From a virus, in IMG/VR virus record IMGVR_UViG_3300003690_003155, positions 58,092 to 122,091 of that record: a stretch of DNA of 64,000 nucleotides. One strand, 5' to 3'. A program made the position numbers and the translations under genes. Below are positions 39,447 to 49,893 of the stretch, piece after piece. Below the pieces are notes generated by a model. That model was given only the letters and a program-made list of their open reading frames with translations. It was not told the origin of the DNA and searched no databases. The first letter of the stretch is position 1, and each line of letters opens with the position of its first letter.

Positions 39447-40210
39447 GAGAAATATTTGAAAAAACATTCGATAAAATATATTGTATAAATTTAGATGTAA
39501 GACCTGACAGATGGGAGTTCTGTCAAAAAGAATTTGAACAATATAATATATTAGATCTCGTAGAGAGGTTACCAGCTTTTCATTTTCCGGATGCTCCTGA
39601 AGCTGGATGCTCTACAAGTCATATGCAGTGTATTAGAAATGCAAAAAAACATAACTATAAAAATGTATTTGTTTTTGAGGATGATTTTCAATTCTTAACC
39701 AAGGCCTGGAATGGAAAACAGTTTATTGATTCAGATCCTACAGTTTATATAAACAGAGCTCTTAAGCAATTAGAGAATATTAGTTGGGATGTGTTGATGT
39801 TTTCTTATAATATAAGACTACATGAAGATTTTATAAACTATAAAGACATAAGTGATAATGTCTTTCAAAGTACTATGCAACTTATAGCGGCTGGCTATGC
39901 TGTTAACAGTAGTGTGTATGATTTTATCCTAGATAACGACCCTTCATATAGAATATGCTATGATCAATTAATTGCTAATTGCTTGTCTTATAGATTTAAA
40001 GTTTTTAACATAAGGCCAATGGTGATAGGACAAAGAGAAAATGTTTACAGTGATTTACGCGGTGAAGATCGGCACCAAAAGTGGGTAGAAAAAATGCTTC
40101 AAAAGTTTCCTGATAGGAGTTTAGGGTCTGGTGGACAATCGATTCAATTGGATAATATAATTATGAATGATGACGAACTTTGTCGTCAATGGTATCAGGC
40201 ACGAAAATGA
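39443..40210 (+). CDS. Glycosyltransferase family 25-like
   Basis: YCINLD.RPDRW, GCSTSH, VFEDD. Confidence 0.8.
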   Translation: MREIFEKTFDKIYCINLDVRPDRWEFCQKEFEQYNILDLVERLPAFHFPDAPEAGCSTSHMQCIRNAKKHNYKNVFVFEDDFQFLTKAWNGKQFIDSDPTVYINRALKQLENISWDVLMFSYNIRLHEDFINYKDISDNVFQSTMQLIAAGYAVNSSVYDFILDNDPSYRICYDQLIANCLSYRFKVFNIRPMVIGQRENVYSDLRGEDRHQKWVEKMLQKFPDRSLGSGGQSIQLDNIIMNDDELCRQWYQARK

Positions 40211-41064
40211 AAAAAATAGTCTTTTTAAATAACTGGAATTCTGATACAACCGGTATCCGTTATCTAGGACAAACAAAGGATAATTTCGGGACGTGGGGTG
40301 ATATAAAAGTAGTAACTGATTTAAAAGAAGCGGATTATTATATAATCATGGATGGATTAAACCATGATTATGATTTAGATTGGAATAAAGTTATTTATTT
40401 TCAAAGAGAGCCTGAAGTAATAAAACCCCCTTATTTAAATCATAATTTCCCGGATGAAATTCTTTTTAATGGGGTATATAAGAATTTTTATAATGTTGTA
40501 ACTTGGTGGCTACATTCGAAGAGTTTTAACGAATTAGTAGATTTACCTTATCCAACTAAAAGTAAAAAAATAAGTACTATAACTAGTGGTAAACAATATA
40601 ACCCCGAGCACGTAAATAGATTAAACTTTTTAAACAAGTTTATAGAAAAATATCCAAGCATCGATGTTTATGGCCGCGGAATTAAAAATTATCTTCATAA
40701 TAAAGATTGTTATAAAGGTGTTGTAAAGGGAGATAAGAAATTTTGTAAATTTACGGGTATAATAGATTATGAATATTCTGTAGCTATGGAAAATACTTTA
40801 GAAAAGAATTCTTGGACAGAAAAAGCATGTGATGTATTTTTATGTTGGGCGATTCCTATCTATTCTGGTGCTTTAAATTTCGGAGAATACTTTCCAGAGG
40901 ACTCTTTCTTTCAAATAGATACAATTAATCCTGATATAGACTCTATTATCGATTTTATATCTGAACCTCCTAATAAAAAACAGATAGAGGCTGTTAGAGA
41001 AGCTAGAAATTTAATTTTATACAAATATAATATATGGGCTGTTATAGATAATATTCTTAAATAA
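40207..41064 (+). CDS. GT10-like glycosyltransferase
   Basis: QREP, IDVYGRG, YSVAMEN, WTEK..D.FL..AIPIY.G. Confidence 0.75.
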   Translation: MKKIVFLNNWNSDTTGIRYLGQTKDNFGTWGDIKVVTDLKEADYYIIMDGLNHDYDLDWNKVIYFQREPEVIKPPYLNHNFPDEILFNGVYKNFYNVVTWWLHSKSFNELVDLPYPTKSKKISTITSGKQYNPEHVNRLNFLNKFIEKYPSIDVYGRGIKNYLHNKDCYKGVVKGDKKFCKFTGIIDYEYSVAMENTLEKNSWTEKACDVFLCWAIPIYSGALNFGEYFPEDSFFQIDTINPDIDSIIDFISEPPNKKQIEAVREARNLILYKYNIWAVIDNILK

Positions 41065-41100
41065 TGGTTTCCAGAAAATATGCAGTAAATACTATTGACG

Positions 41101-42027
41101 ATGACGTTTAGAGAATATGTAAAAAATAATTTTGAGAGAATATATTATATAAATTTAGATTCTCGGAAGGATCGTCGAGATCGGTGCATAGAGATATTTA
41201 AACAATATGATGTATATGATATTGTTGAGAGAATCCCCGGTAAGGTTTTTACTGAAAAAGAAATACGAGAAGATTTTGTAAAATTCACTGGTCATGTAAA
41301 TCATATAAACCCAGCCAAGTATGATTATACACCAAAAACTTTAGGTAGGTGGGGCTGTACAACCGGTCATTTACGTGCCTTACAACATGCAAAAGATAAT
41401 AATATAGAAAATATACTTATATTCGAAGATGATCTAGAAATATACAACGGAAAAGACGACACAGTACAGGATTATGAAGAAATATTAGAAAACGCAAATA
41501 AAACTTTACAAAACATTAAGTGGGATTTGCATTATTTAGGGTATTATCCTTGCCCGGGTCGCGGGCTATGGTCTAATCCTAAAGTACTAGGGCCTAATAT
41601 TTTCACAGCAGCGTATCTACAAGCTACTCATGCAGTCGGATATAACAAAAGAGCATATAGTAAGATTTTAGAAGACCTATTACCTAGTTTTACTAGTTTT
41701 AAATGGAGAGAATTACTCGGTACAATAGATGAATATCTTGGTTTCGTATTTCAAAATTATCCGGATTATACAACTACTGCCATAGCACCTATATTGGTAT
41801 ATCAGCGAGCAGATTGGAGTGACATTCAATGTGAGTCGAAAGATTACACTCCAGCATATTTAAAAAATAGTATTTTAATGCTTAGAGATAGAGTACCAGA
41901 CGATTTTATTCGCTTTCCAATAAGACCGGGTAAAAAATCAAATGCATTTTTAAAAATGAATAAAAAATGTGAATGGGATAGAATTTCTGAAGAAGAATAT
42001 GAGAGATTTGCTTCAAACAACTTTTGA
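41101..42027 (+). CDS. Glycosyltransferase family 25-like
   Basis: YYINLDSRKDR, GCTTGH, IFEDD, THA; TAAATA at 41086-41091. Confidence 0.8.
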   Translation: MTFREYVKNNFERIYYINLDSRKDRRDRCIEIFKQYDVYDIVERIPGKVFTEKEIREDFVKFTGHVNHINPAKYDYTPKTLGRWGCTTGHLRALQHAKDNNIENILIFEDDLEIYNGKDDTVQDYEEILENANKTLQNIKWDLHYLGYYPCPGRGLWSNPKVLGPNIFTAAYLQATHAVGYNKRAYSKILEDLLPSFTSFKWRELLGTIDEYLGFVFQNYPDYTTTAIAPILVYQRADWSDIQCESKDYTPAYLKNSILMLRDRVPDDFIRFPIRPGKKSNAFLKMNKKCEWDRISEEEYERFASNNF

Positions 42028-42766
42028 GAAAATATATTGTATGAATTTGGATTCTAGACCTGATAAATGGGAGCTATGTCAAAAGGAATTTGAAAAATAT
42101 AATATATTAGATATTGTAGAGCGTTTTCCAGCAATAGCTGTATATAATTCTGCTGGATTGACGACTGCTCATGGTTGTGCTAAATCTCATTTGAGTATTA
42201 TCAAAAACGCAAAAAAAGATAAATTACATAATGTATTAATATTGGAAGATGATATAAACTTTTTAGACTTTTGTATAGATTACAAAAACAAAAACAAAAA
42301 AGAAATTATTCAAAGTCATCCACGAGAAATTTTAGCGTTAGGTCTACCAGAAGCAAATAAAATTGATTGGGATTTTTTTTATTTAGGTTATAATATAAAA
42401 TTACCTCAATTTTGCAATAAAAAAATACTTTCTGATCATTTATTTCAGAGTACATTACAGCTTACAACTCATGCGTATGCTATACGTAATACAGCGTATG
42501 ATCATGTGCTTGACGATTGGGATAATTTAGCGGCCAAGCCTTGTTTAAAAAGCTCAGATCGAAAAGTCGGTATTGATGCTTATTATGCTTTTTATTTAAG
42601 TCATAAAATTAATGCAATTAATTTATTTCCTATGGTCGTTGGTCAGAGAGAGGATGTAAAGAGTGATATTACTCATAGACAAACACCTAAGCCGCGTGCA
42701 AGTGCGTATAGCGGGTTCGCTTGGGTAAAACAAAATGCTACTGAAAATTGGATGGAATATAAATGA
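41999..42766 (+). CDS. Glycosyltransferase family 25-like
   Basis: YCMNLDSRPDKW, GCAKSH, ILEDD, TTHAY; close paralog of 39443..40210. Confidence 0.8.
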   Translation: MRDLLQTTFEKIYCMNLDSRPDKWELCQKEFEKYNILDIVERFPAIAVYNSAGLTTAHGCAKSHLSIIKNAKKDKLHNVLILEDDINFLDFCIDYKNKNKKEIIQSHPREILALGLPEANKIDWDFFYLGYNIKLPQFCNKKILSDHLFQSTLQLTTHAYAIRNTAYDHVLDDWDNLAAKPCLKSSDRKVGIDAYYAFYLSHKINAINLFPMVVGQREDVKSDITHRQTPKPRASAYSGFAWVKQNATENWMEYK

Positions 42767-43917
42767 GAATAGGTATATTATTTTACGGCCAGCCACGCTT
42801 TTTCAGTCTTACAAAAAAGTATATTAAGCAGGAGTTTGACTTCCCAGGTCATGAAACTGATTATTTTGCTCATTTCTGGGAACAAGTTGGCTTCACACCG
42901 ATTGGAGAAGAACATGACACGAATATTCCCGATGTAAGAAAGATACTCAGTAGAGAGTTTGACGCTAAATCATATAAAATACAGAATTATGATAAACTAG
43001 ATGAAATAATACAAGCTTATAAAGTTATTTTTCAACAAGTAAAGGAAGAAACTAATAATAACGTTGCAGTACCTGATGACGATATAGAATTAAGATATAA
43101 ATTTGGTCAACACTATAGTTTATCTAAGTGTTATGAGTATTTAGAAGAATATGAACAAAAGAATAATTTTAAATATGATATAATTATAAAAGCGAGAACT
43201 GATATAGTGTATTCATTACCGTCGTTATATCCTGACGAAGAAGAATATAAGTTATTTAAAATTCATGCTTATTTAAATATTAATAAAGATGTACCTACTA
43301 TACATTGTAATGGTATAAGAATTACTACTTTAGAGGTACCAGATGATAATTCACCTCTTATATGGGAACAACAAGGTATATATAGTTATTATAATCAAGA
43401 AGTATCGTTTCAATATGAACATTCTGTAAAAATGCCATTTACATATAATTATAATAGAAGATTGGCGATAAATGATTGGTGTTTAATCGCTAATAGGGAA
43501 GCAGCATCTCTTATGTATAATGGTTGGTTTACTACATATCTTAATGCTCTAGGTAATGACATACGTATATGTAATTGCTTACGTTTAAAAAATAAGCCTA
43601 TTAGTCCGGTACGGGGTATCGAGGAAGATGAATTAAAACATAAATTGAAATTTATTTCTCAATCAGAGCATAGTATGCAAGGATATTTAGCTTATGTAAA
43701 TAATATAAATGCGGTTAAGTTGAAACATAGAAGAGATTATAGATTATTAAAACAGGATGAAATAAAACAGGAGGTGTCTGTTGATGGTAAGTTTTGGGCA
43801 GTCAATGACTCTGAAATGGTTGACGGAATAACTAAAGTATTTAATCTACGAAATCCCTCATTTTATGATCTCAGAAAAACAGAAAGATATAAGAAATTTT
43901 TAGACATTAAAACATGA
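42763..43917 (+). CDS. Hypothetical protein, GQPR/RxD family (putative glycosyltransferase-like)
   Basis: ILFYGQPR, DYFAHFW, GQHYS, YDIIIKARTD. Confidence 0.6.
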   Translation: MRIGILFYGQPRFFSLTKKYIKQEFDFPGHETDYFAHFWEQVGFTPIGEEHDTNIPDVRKILSREFDAKSYKIQNYDKLDEIIQAYKVIFQQVKEETNNNVAVPDDDIELRYKFGQHYSLSKCYEYLEEYEQKNNFKYDIIIKARTDIVYSLPSLYPDEEEYKLFKIHAYLNINKDVPTIHCNGIRITTLEVPDDNSPLIWEQQGIYSYYNQEVSFQYEHSVKMPFTYNYNRRLAINDWCLIANREAASLMYNGWFTTYLNALGNDIRICNCLRLKNKPISPVRGIEEDELKHKLKFISQSEHSMQGYLAYVNNINAVKLKHRRDYRLLKQDEIKQEVSVDGKFWAVNDSEMVDGITKVFNLRNPSFYDLRKTERYKKFLDIKT

Positions 43918-44984
43918 AAAAGATACGCGTTGCTTTATGTATATCAGGTGAAATGAGAAGATGGCCTAATTGCCATAATTCAGTAATGAATCTATCTACT
44001 CCGTATAGTATTAAATTTTTGAACAGGCATAATAATGCCCCGCCCAATGAGCCACCGCCGGAGGAAATAGATTATGAGCTACATACATTTATACACACTT
44101 GGGATCAAATTACATATTCAAAAAAACAGACAACGTGGGAGCTTAATCTAAGAAAAGATAAATTAGATCATAAAGAAATGATCGATAAGATAAAACCTAA
44201 AGCTATTCAAATAGAAAGTAAAGACGCATTAGATGTATATATAGAGTTATTTAAAAAAAATAAAGACTTTAAAGAATGTGAAGATATTGAAAAGAAAATT
44301 AAATTTACAAATTATACTTGCTTATCTCAATTTTATAGTATGAGGAAATGTCATGATTTACGTCGAAAATATCAAGAAGAACATAATGTAGAATATGACA
44401 TTGTTATTAGAACGAGGTCTGACATATTAATTAAAGAATATAAGAAACAGTCCGTATTTCATGTTTTACATAAATTAGCTGTTTTTGATGATAACAAAAA
44501 AAAGCATGTATGTTCCGGTAAAACACCGCTTCTATATTGTCCTTGGATTTATGGAGATCATAGATTACATACAATAATGGAATACGCATTAATGTTAGGA
44601 CGCCCGGCAACATTCGATAAAATTTTTAAGGGTTTCCCGGAAAAATTACCAAAAACAGCTGGGTTTGGTAATACGTCTCACGGTGTACTTTATGATCATA
44701 TACATAATGACCGTACATATATAAGAGCTCCTATACCATTGCATTATTCCTTAGATCATCATCCTGTTGAAATGGTAGAGGAGCCTTGTAGTCAAGATAT
44801 TGTCACAGGCCAACCAATTGAGGAGGGAGTAAAAGCTGCTAAGCTTGAGGTTGTTGCTGAGGGAGATGAAACCGACATATCCATAGGAGAGGAGAATATT
44901 ATTAAAGATACTATTAGCGAAAAGGATATACCTACTCCTAAGAAGGGGGTAGCAGTTAAGGGTATGACCGACGGAGGTTCTTAA
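43914..44984 (+). CDS. Hypothetical protein, GQPR/RxD family
   Basis: ALCISGEMR, FIHTW, SQFYS, YDIVIRTRSD. Confidence 0.6.
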   Translation: MKKIRVALCISGEMRRWPNCHNSVMNLSTPYSIKFLNRHNNAPPNEPPPEEIDYELHTFIHTWDQITYSKKQTTWELNLRKDKLDHKEMIDKIKPKAIQIESKDALDVYIELFKKNKDFKECEDIEKKIKFTNYTCLSQFYSMRKCHDLRRKYQEEHNVEYDIVIRTRSDILIKEYKKQSVFHVLHKLAVFDDNKKKHVCSGKTPLLYCPWIYGDHRLHTIMEYALMLGRPATFDKIFKGFPEKLPKTAGFGNTSHGVLYDHIHNDRTYIRAPIPLHYSLDHHPVEMVEEPCSQDIVTGQPIEEGVKAAKLEVVAEGDETDISIGEENIIKDTISEKDIPTPKKGVAVKGMTDGGS

Positions 44985-45595
44985 TCAACCTCAACCGGCT
45001 CTTCACCAAGCGCGAGTGGATCGACAGAGAAAATAACTAAAATACCGCCATTTACTATCGATACACTATCACTAACTCTATTAAATATTTTTTTTATCCA
45101 AAAATGTTTTTTATGCTCTTGAATTAAATGTAGTTCGCCGACCTCAACTCCTGGTCGAATTTCATGATGTCTTCTTGAGTGACTCGGACCACCGTGAGTT
45201 GTATGAAACATGCATTTACGAGTTACTCTGACCATTTCATCTATGGTTCTATCTAAAAAATCAGGATGTACATGTTCTAAAAAATCAAATGAAGTTGTTA
45301 AATCTACAGATTTATCCTCTAGTGGTATGTCATGACTACAACCTTTTAGAAAATCAATATTTTTGTTTAAAAACTCTAAATTAGGATCAATAGATATATC
45401 TAAACCATGTACTTCGCTACATAATTCTTCTATTGCCCAATTACAAAATTGACCTTGACCAGTACCAACATCTAATACAGAATTAATATTTAATAATTTT
45501 AAAAAAGGGGTATGTTTCCTGCCATGAAAGCTACCACCATATCCTTGAGTATTCAAGTAATCATATGTTTCTTTAATTTGCTCTAAATTCTTCAT
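44981..45595 (-). CDS. Class I SAM-dependent methyltransferase
   Basis: VLDVGTGQG, GLDIS, IPLEDKSVD, FDFLEHV, EMVRV. Confidence 0.88.
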   Translation of the reverse strand: MKNLEQIKETYDYLNTQGYGGSFHGRKHTPFLKLLNINSVLDVGTGQGQFCNWAIEELCSEVHGLDISIDPNLEFLNKNIDFLKGCSHDIPLEDKSVDLTTSFDFLEHVHPDFLDRTIDEMVRVTRKCMFHTTHGGPSHSRRHHEIRPGVEVGELHLIQEHKKHFWIKKIFNRVSDSVSIVNGGILVIFSVDPLALGEEPVEVD

Positions 45596-46292
45596 GGATA
45601 TATTCTTTTTTAACACTATCACACCCTATATGTATTAACGGAAAATTAATATATGTAGTAGGGACCTGTTCGTTATGTATAATATACGTCATGGCTGTTT
45701 CTTCTCTTATAAAATGATCGTCCTTTTGCCATAAATTATATATTTTATCGTATGCAAATACATCAGTTAAATTTGTTTGCAAATCCTTACATATAAAAAT
45801 CAACCCAGCGGCAAACCTTCCAGGTATTTCTCTGTTTAAATATTTTTCAGGTATAACTATTGGATCGGCTGTTTTTATTTCCTCTCGCCGCAGATACATA
45901 TAAAACGCTTTATTATAATCTTCAAATTTAAACCTATCCTTGTGCCTTACAATAACATCACAATCAAAATATAACATTTTATCATAGTTACTTTTATAAA
46001 ATTCATGAATGAGATAAAATTTTGTATTCCATGCCTTTAATCTTTGTAATTCCGATGCATATTCCTCGTATTTAATACATTTATATTTGCTTATTTCTTT
46101 ATCACTATAAAATTGCTTAATAGATATAAACATATCTTCTATTTTATCAGGAATTTTGGTTATTAACTTGAAATCAGCATTCTTATATTCAGCCCATTTT
46201 TTTAAATCTTCTATTACCGGGGTTAAATTTTTTTGTATTATATCATCTTGCGGTAGATACGAACATAGACAATAAATTATATTCTTCTTCAC
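45573..46292 (-). CDS. Nucleotide-diphospho-sugar transferase-like protein
   Basis: AWNTKF, YDKMLYFDCD (DxD), FAAG, EE; likely GTG start 46292. Confidence 0.6.
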   Translation of the reverse strand: MKKNIIYCLCSYLPQDDIIQKNLTPVIEDLKKWAEYKNADFKLITKIPDKIEDMFISIKQFYSDKEISKYKCIKYEEYASELQRLKAWNTKFYLIHEFYKSNYDKMLYFDCDVIVRHKDRFKFEDYNKAFYMYLRREEIKTADPIVIPEKYLNREIPGRFAAGLIFICKDLQTNLTDVFAYDKIYNLWQKDDHFIREETAMTYIIHNEQVPTTYINFPLIHIGCDSVKKEYIHEEFRAN

Positions 46293-46293
46293 G

Positions 46294-47628
46294 TTATTCG
46301 GCGACCTCCACAGCACGCGATCCAATTATGTTTGAATATTGTTTTTTTAAACTTTTGTCAGTATCAGTTAGTACTCTAATATGGGGTCTATTTAATATAA
46401 ATTTCTTTGTAAATTTATTAGCAATTTTCATTAATCTCTCTGGTATAACCATTGTCTCTAACGAGTCACATCCTAATTCCTCTGCATTTATACCATTTAA
46501 TCCCAAGGTCTCCCCGCAGATAATTTCTCCAGCGGCCCAGTTTATATCTATACCATCTTTTTTGAGAAATATTCTAGATTTATCAATCAAAGCTTTTATA
46601 GTTTCAAGATATTGATCTATAGATAATAACATATCCTCACCTGATCCTACTATATACCAATCCTTCATGTGTAAATATTGAGTTTTGGGATTATAGATAT
46701 GAGTGTCATTGGCTTTAAAGAGATTGTTTTCATAATTATTATTTTCATCAGCACCTGTATACTCAAAGACACCTTCTTTTTTTGCATATATTTTATTTTC
46801 TACACATAACCAACTTTGGTAATTTTTTACATCTATAGGTTGATGATCCGGCTCGGCGCAGTCCTGTTTTTTTTCAATTGATCCATCAGGGAACGTACGA
46901 GCCATGTTGTTTGTAAGATTAATTTCATCAGCGACATTTCTGGCACCTTCCCAAATTTGAAGATCTCCAAATTTACAAAAAATTCCTTTTCGTTTTTCAT
47001 ATAATTTGCTATAGAATAATTTTTTATCATATTCATAAAGTCTATTATCTGTATACAAATCAGGAGTAATAAATAACAAATCAGTTCTAATTCTAAAAAT
47101 ATAGTCATAATCCTCTTCTATTAACTCTGCTCCTAGCTGTAATGATACAAATTGACCTAAATAGTATCTTAAATTCTCTGGCCTAGTAATTTCAAAAATA
47201 CTCTTTGCAAAGAACCTGGTATATTTATCTTCAGCTAAAAGAGGTATATCAGCAATAGAACTAATATGTTGTGGGGTTTTAGAGTAAGCATGATTCATCA
47301 ATGGCCCGGAAAATTTTGCGGTTCTATCATAATAGAGCTTTAATTTGTCTTTATTATTTTGAACAATTTTATATATCTCTTCACAGGCCTGGGTTAAAGG
47401 TTCATAATTAGTAAAGGAATGTTTTTTTGGTTTATAGATAGAAACTATTTTTTCTTTATCTTCATTTGTTAGGCTATATTCTGGATCATTGCTATTATAT
47501 GCTATTTTATCCCAAAAGTGAAAATAGTAATCTGTTGTACTATTTTTAAAAGTAGTTTCCTGTATGATGCTCTTCCAGCCTAATTCCCAAAACCGAGGTT
47601 GACCGTATAATAATACTGCTAATTTCAT
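46294..47628 (-). CDS. Hypothetical protein, GQPR/RxD family
   Basis: AVLLYGQPR, DYYFHFW, GQFVS, YDYIFRIRTD. Confidence 0.6.
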   Translation of the reverse strand: MKLAVLLYGQPRFWELGWKSIIQETTFKNSTTDYYFHFWDKIAYNSNDPEYSLTNEDKEKIVSIYKPKKHSFTNYEPLTQACEEIYKIVQNNKDKLKLYYDRTAKFSGPLMNHAYSKTPQHISSIADIPLLAEDKYTRFFAKSIFEITRPENLRYYLGQFVSLQLGAELIEEDYDYIFRIRTDLLFITPDLYTDNRLYEYDKKLFYSKLYEKRKGIFCKFGDLQIWEGARNVADEINLTNNMARTFPDGSIEKKQDCAEPDHQPIDVKNYQSWLCVENKIYAKKEGVFEYTGADENNNYENNLFKANDTHIYNPKTQYLHMKDWYIVGSGEDMLLSIDQYLETIKALIDKSRIFLKKDGIDINWAAGEIICGETLGLNGINAEELGCDSLETMVIPERLMKIANKFTKKFILNRPHIRVLTDTDKSLKKQYSNIIGSRAVEVAE

Positions 47629-48680
47629 TAATCAGTTATAAAGTCAGTTAAGTTACCCCAATCATGCTTGGTGTAGTGATAATCGTCATTTAATATTTTT
47701 AAGAAGTCTTTATGCTCGGGATGTCTGGTGTCAAAAATATTATGTTCATTATATTGTTGCTCTGAAAATGTTCCCCAATTGAATATTCTTGAAGTGTAAG
47801 ATCTAAAATTATGGGCTTGTGCTATTTGAATAAATTCAGGTATACTTTTATAATTATTTCTTTGTACACACATATCTAATCTTATATTAGTTAAACCTAA
47901 AGAACCAATAAAGTGAAGATTTTTTAGTAAACGATCCCAATTTCCTCCAACCCTTACTTTATCATAATGCTCTCTTATACCAGCATCAAGACTAATAATA
48001 GCACTTATAGAAAGTTTATGTATATTCTTTAATTGACTCCAACGCGCCTCGTCCCATAATACACCGTTTGTTTGGAGATTAATTGTAATGAGAGGATTTT
48101 TCTTAGGGTCAATTTTTTTAAGTAGTTCAAAGAATGATGGTGAACCGAACGGATCGCCTGATCCAGTTATATTAAGGTTTACTGGATGAGGTTTACTATG
48201 AATCATGCGAAGCAGTCGCTTATTGATCATCAGTGTTGTTTTGTATTTTTCAGGATTACTTTTACCGGTATATTGAATTAAGTTTCCTCTACAGCTAGGA
48301 CATCTCAGATTACAAGATTTATCATAACACAAATTAATAGTTTCAGGCGGGTCTGCTATCTCCATTTCAAATTCAAGAATAAATTTTAATTTGTCTCCAT
48401 GCTTACCATCCAGTATATCTTTGCGGAGTGGTAATTGTTTATTTTGTATCATAGGACATTCTGTTTTATTACACATAGAAAAACTTCCATCTAAGATACT
48501 TCTGCGAAATGCTCTACTTCTCTTACTATTCCACTCTTTATAGAAATCTAGAGTAGGAGTTAGATCTCCTATTCTGTTATGGTTAACCCACCTCGGGCAG
48601 CAATTATATAATCCTTTTTCTTGTATTTCCAAAAAAGTCCACGGGTGGTCACAAAACCTAGTTGCAAGATCATTAGACAT
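47628..48680 (-). CDS. Radical SAM protein with N-terminal Cys-rich (SPASM/twitch-like) domain
   Basis: CDHPW...CC...C...C N-domain; CNLRCPSC; GSGDPF, TNG. Confidence 0.88.
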   Translation of the reverse strand: MSNDLATRFCDHPWTFLEIQEKGLYNCCPRWVNHNRIGDLTPTLDFYKEWNSKRSRAFRRSILDGSFSMCNKTECPMIQNKQLPLRKDILDGKHGDKLKFILEFEMEIADPPETINLCYDKSCNLRCPSCRGNLIQYTGKSNPEKYKTTLMINKRLLRMIHSKPHPVNLNITGSGDPFGSPSFFELLKKIDPKKNPLITINLQTNGVLWDEARWSQLKNIHKLSISAIISLDAGIREHYDKVRVGGNWDRLLKNLHFIGSLGLTNIRLDMCVQRNNYKSIPEFIQIAQAHNFRSYTSRIFNWGTFSEQQYNEHNIFDTRHPEHKDFLKILNDDYHYTKHDWGNLTDFITD

Positions 48681-48698
48681 GTATAATTATTTACAGCT

Positions 48699-49067
48699 AT
48701 GGATATTTATTTCAATGGAGTTGAGTATAAACCAACCGAAAAAGAAGTAGAAGAGATTACCTTTTTAGGTACTAAAACGTTGCAAGCTAAGGTAAAGCCC
48801 CAATTAACAATATTTTGGAACCCGTTAACATGGGATTGGACTAAAGTAGGCGATAAGGAAGCTTATGAAACAAAGTATAAGCGTAAGACTCGTGCTGTGT
48901 ATTTTAAGGATAAGGTCTTTCTTGTTGAAAACTCAAAATTTAAAAAGGGTATTGTAGATGATGATTTTGTCGATACTGCCGAGCTTCCAATTGGTATTGT
49001 TGTGTATTGGGAAGCTGATACTGAGCAATGGCAAATGTTAGGCTATAAAGAAAATCTTTTACGATAA
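48699..49067 (+). CDS. Hypothetical protein
   Basis: 122 aa ORF divergent from the radical SAM gene. Confidence 0.65.
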   Translation: MDIYFNGVEYKPTEKEVEEITFLGTKTLQAKVKPQLTIFWNPLTWDWTKVGDKEAYETKYKRKTRAVYFKDKVFLVENSKFKKGIVDDDFVDTAELPIGIVVYWEADTEQWQMLGYKENLLR

Positions 49068-49089
49068 TATTTTCATATAATATTTTCAT
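49064..49089 (+). repeat. Perfect 13-bp tandem duplication (ATAATATTTTCAT x2)
   Basis: Direct reading; fills the intergenic gap before 49093. Confidence 0.85.
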
Positions 49090-49092
49090 ATA

Positions 49093-49893
49093 ATGCTAGA
49101 TACATTATTTGATAAAATATATGTAGTCTGGGGTCGAGACCCTCTCCGAAAAAAGCATATACAAGATCATTTTAGACAGTGTAATATTGAAAATTATGAA
49201 ATTGTTCGCAGTATTGCTCCGCATAATTTGTTTATTAGAGGGAAGAGTAATCGAAAAAAAATTAGATTTAAAAAATTATGGGATGTAGAAACGTTAGCGC
49301 CACCTGATGTACTTAAACCTAATGTAAAAGGTTCACCTTATCCGATGTCTTTAGCTGAGATATGTTGTACGTACGGACATCTTAAAGCGTATAAAACTGC
49401 AGTTAAAGATAAAGTAAATAATTTTCTTGTTATAGAAGATGATGCTGTATTAAATGTTGATTTGTGTAATAATGCTTTAGAGTGGAAAGAGTACATTCCA
49501 CCTGACTGGGACGTTCTTCATTTTCATTCCTGGCGACCGTTTGACAGTAAACGAGAACCTGAATTAGCTGAGAAGAGAATTCAGGTTAATGATTATTTTT
49601 ATACTGGGTTTAAAGAATATAGTGGTGCAGTTTGTTACTCTCTTACTACTAACATTGCTAAACAATTATTAGCTCGATTTTATCCTATTATACTTATTTC
49701 CGATGGCATCATTGGTACTTTAAGTAGAACAGTTTTTGCTAGAAAATATTATAGAGCATATGTTTTTCATCCGTTTTTATCTGAGGGTACTTTATTTGAA
49801 AGTCAAATAGATTCTGAAAAGCCAATTACTAAAAAATTTATGACAAGAAGACAACGTTATAAAATAGGTAATTTTAATCCTAATGTATTATAA
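49093..49893 (+). CDS. Glycosyltransferase family 25-like
   Basis: FDKIYV, EICCTYGH, VIEDDA, PPDWDVL. Confidence 0.78.
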   Translation: MLDTLFDKIYVVWGRDPLRKKHIQDHFRQCNIENYEIVRSIAPHNLFIRGKSNRKKIRFKKLWDVETLAPPDVLKPNVKGSPYPMSLAEICCTYGHLKAYKTAVKDKVNNFLVIEDDAVLNVDLCNNALEWKEYIPPDWDVLHFHSWRPFDSKREPELAEKRIQVNDYFYTGFKEYSGAVCYSLTTNIAKQLLARFYPIILISDGIIGTLSRTVFARKYYRAYVFHPFLSEGTLFESQIDSEKPITKKFMTRRQRYKIGNFNPNVL

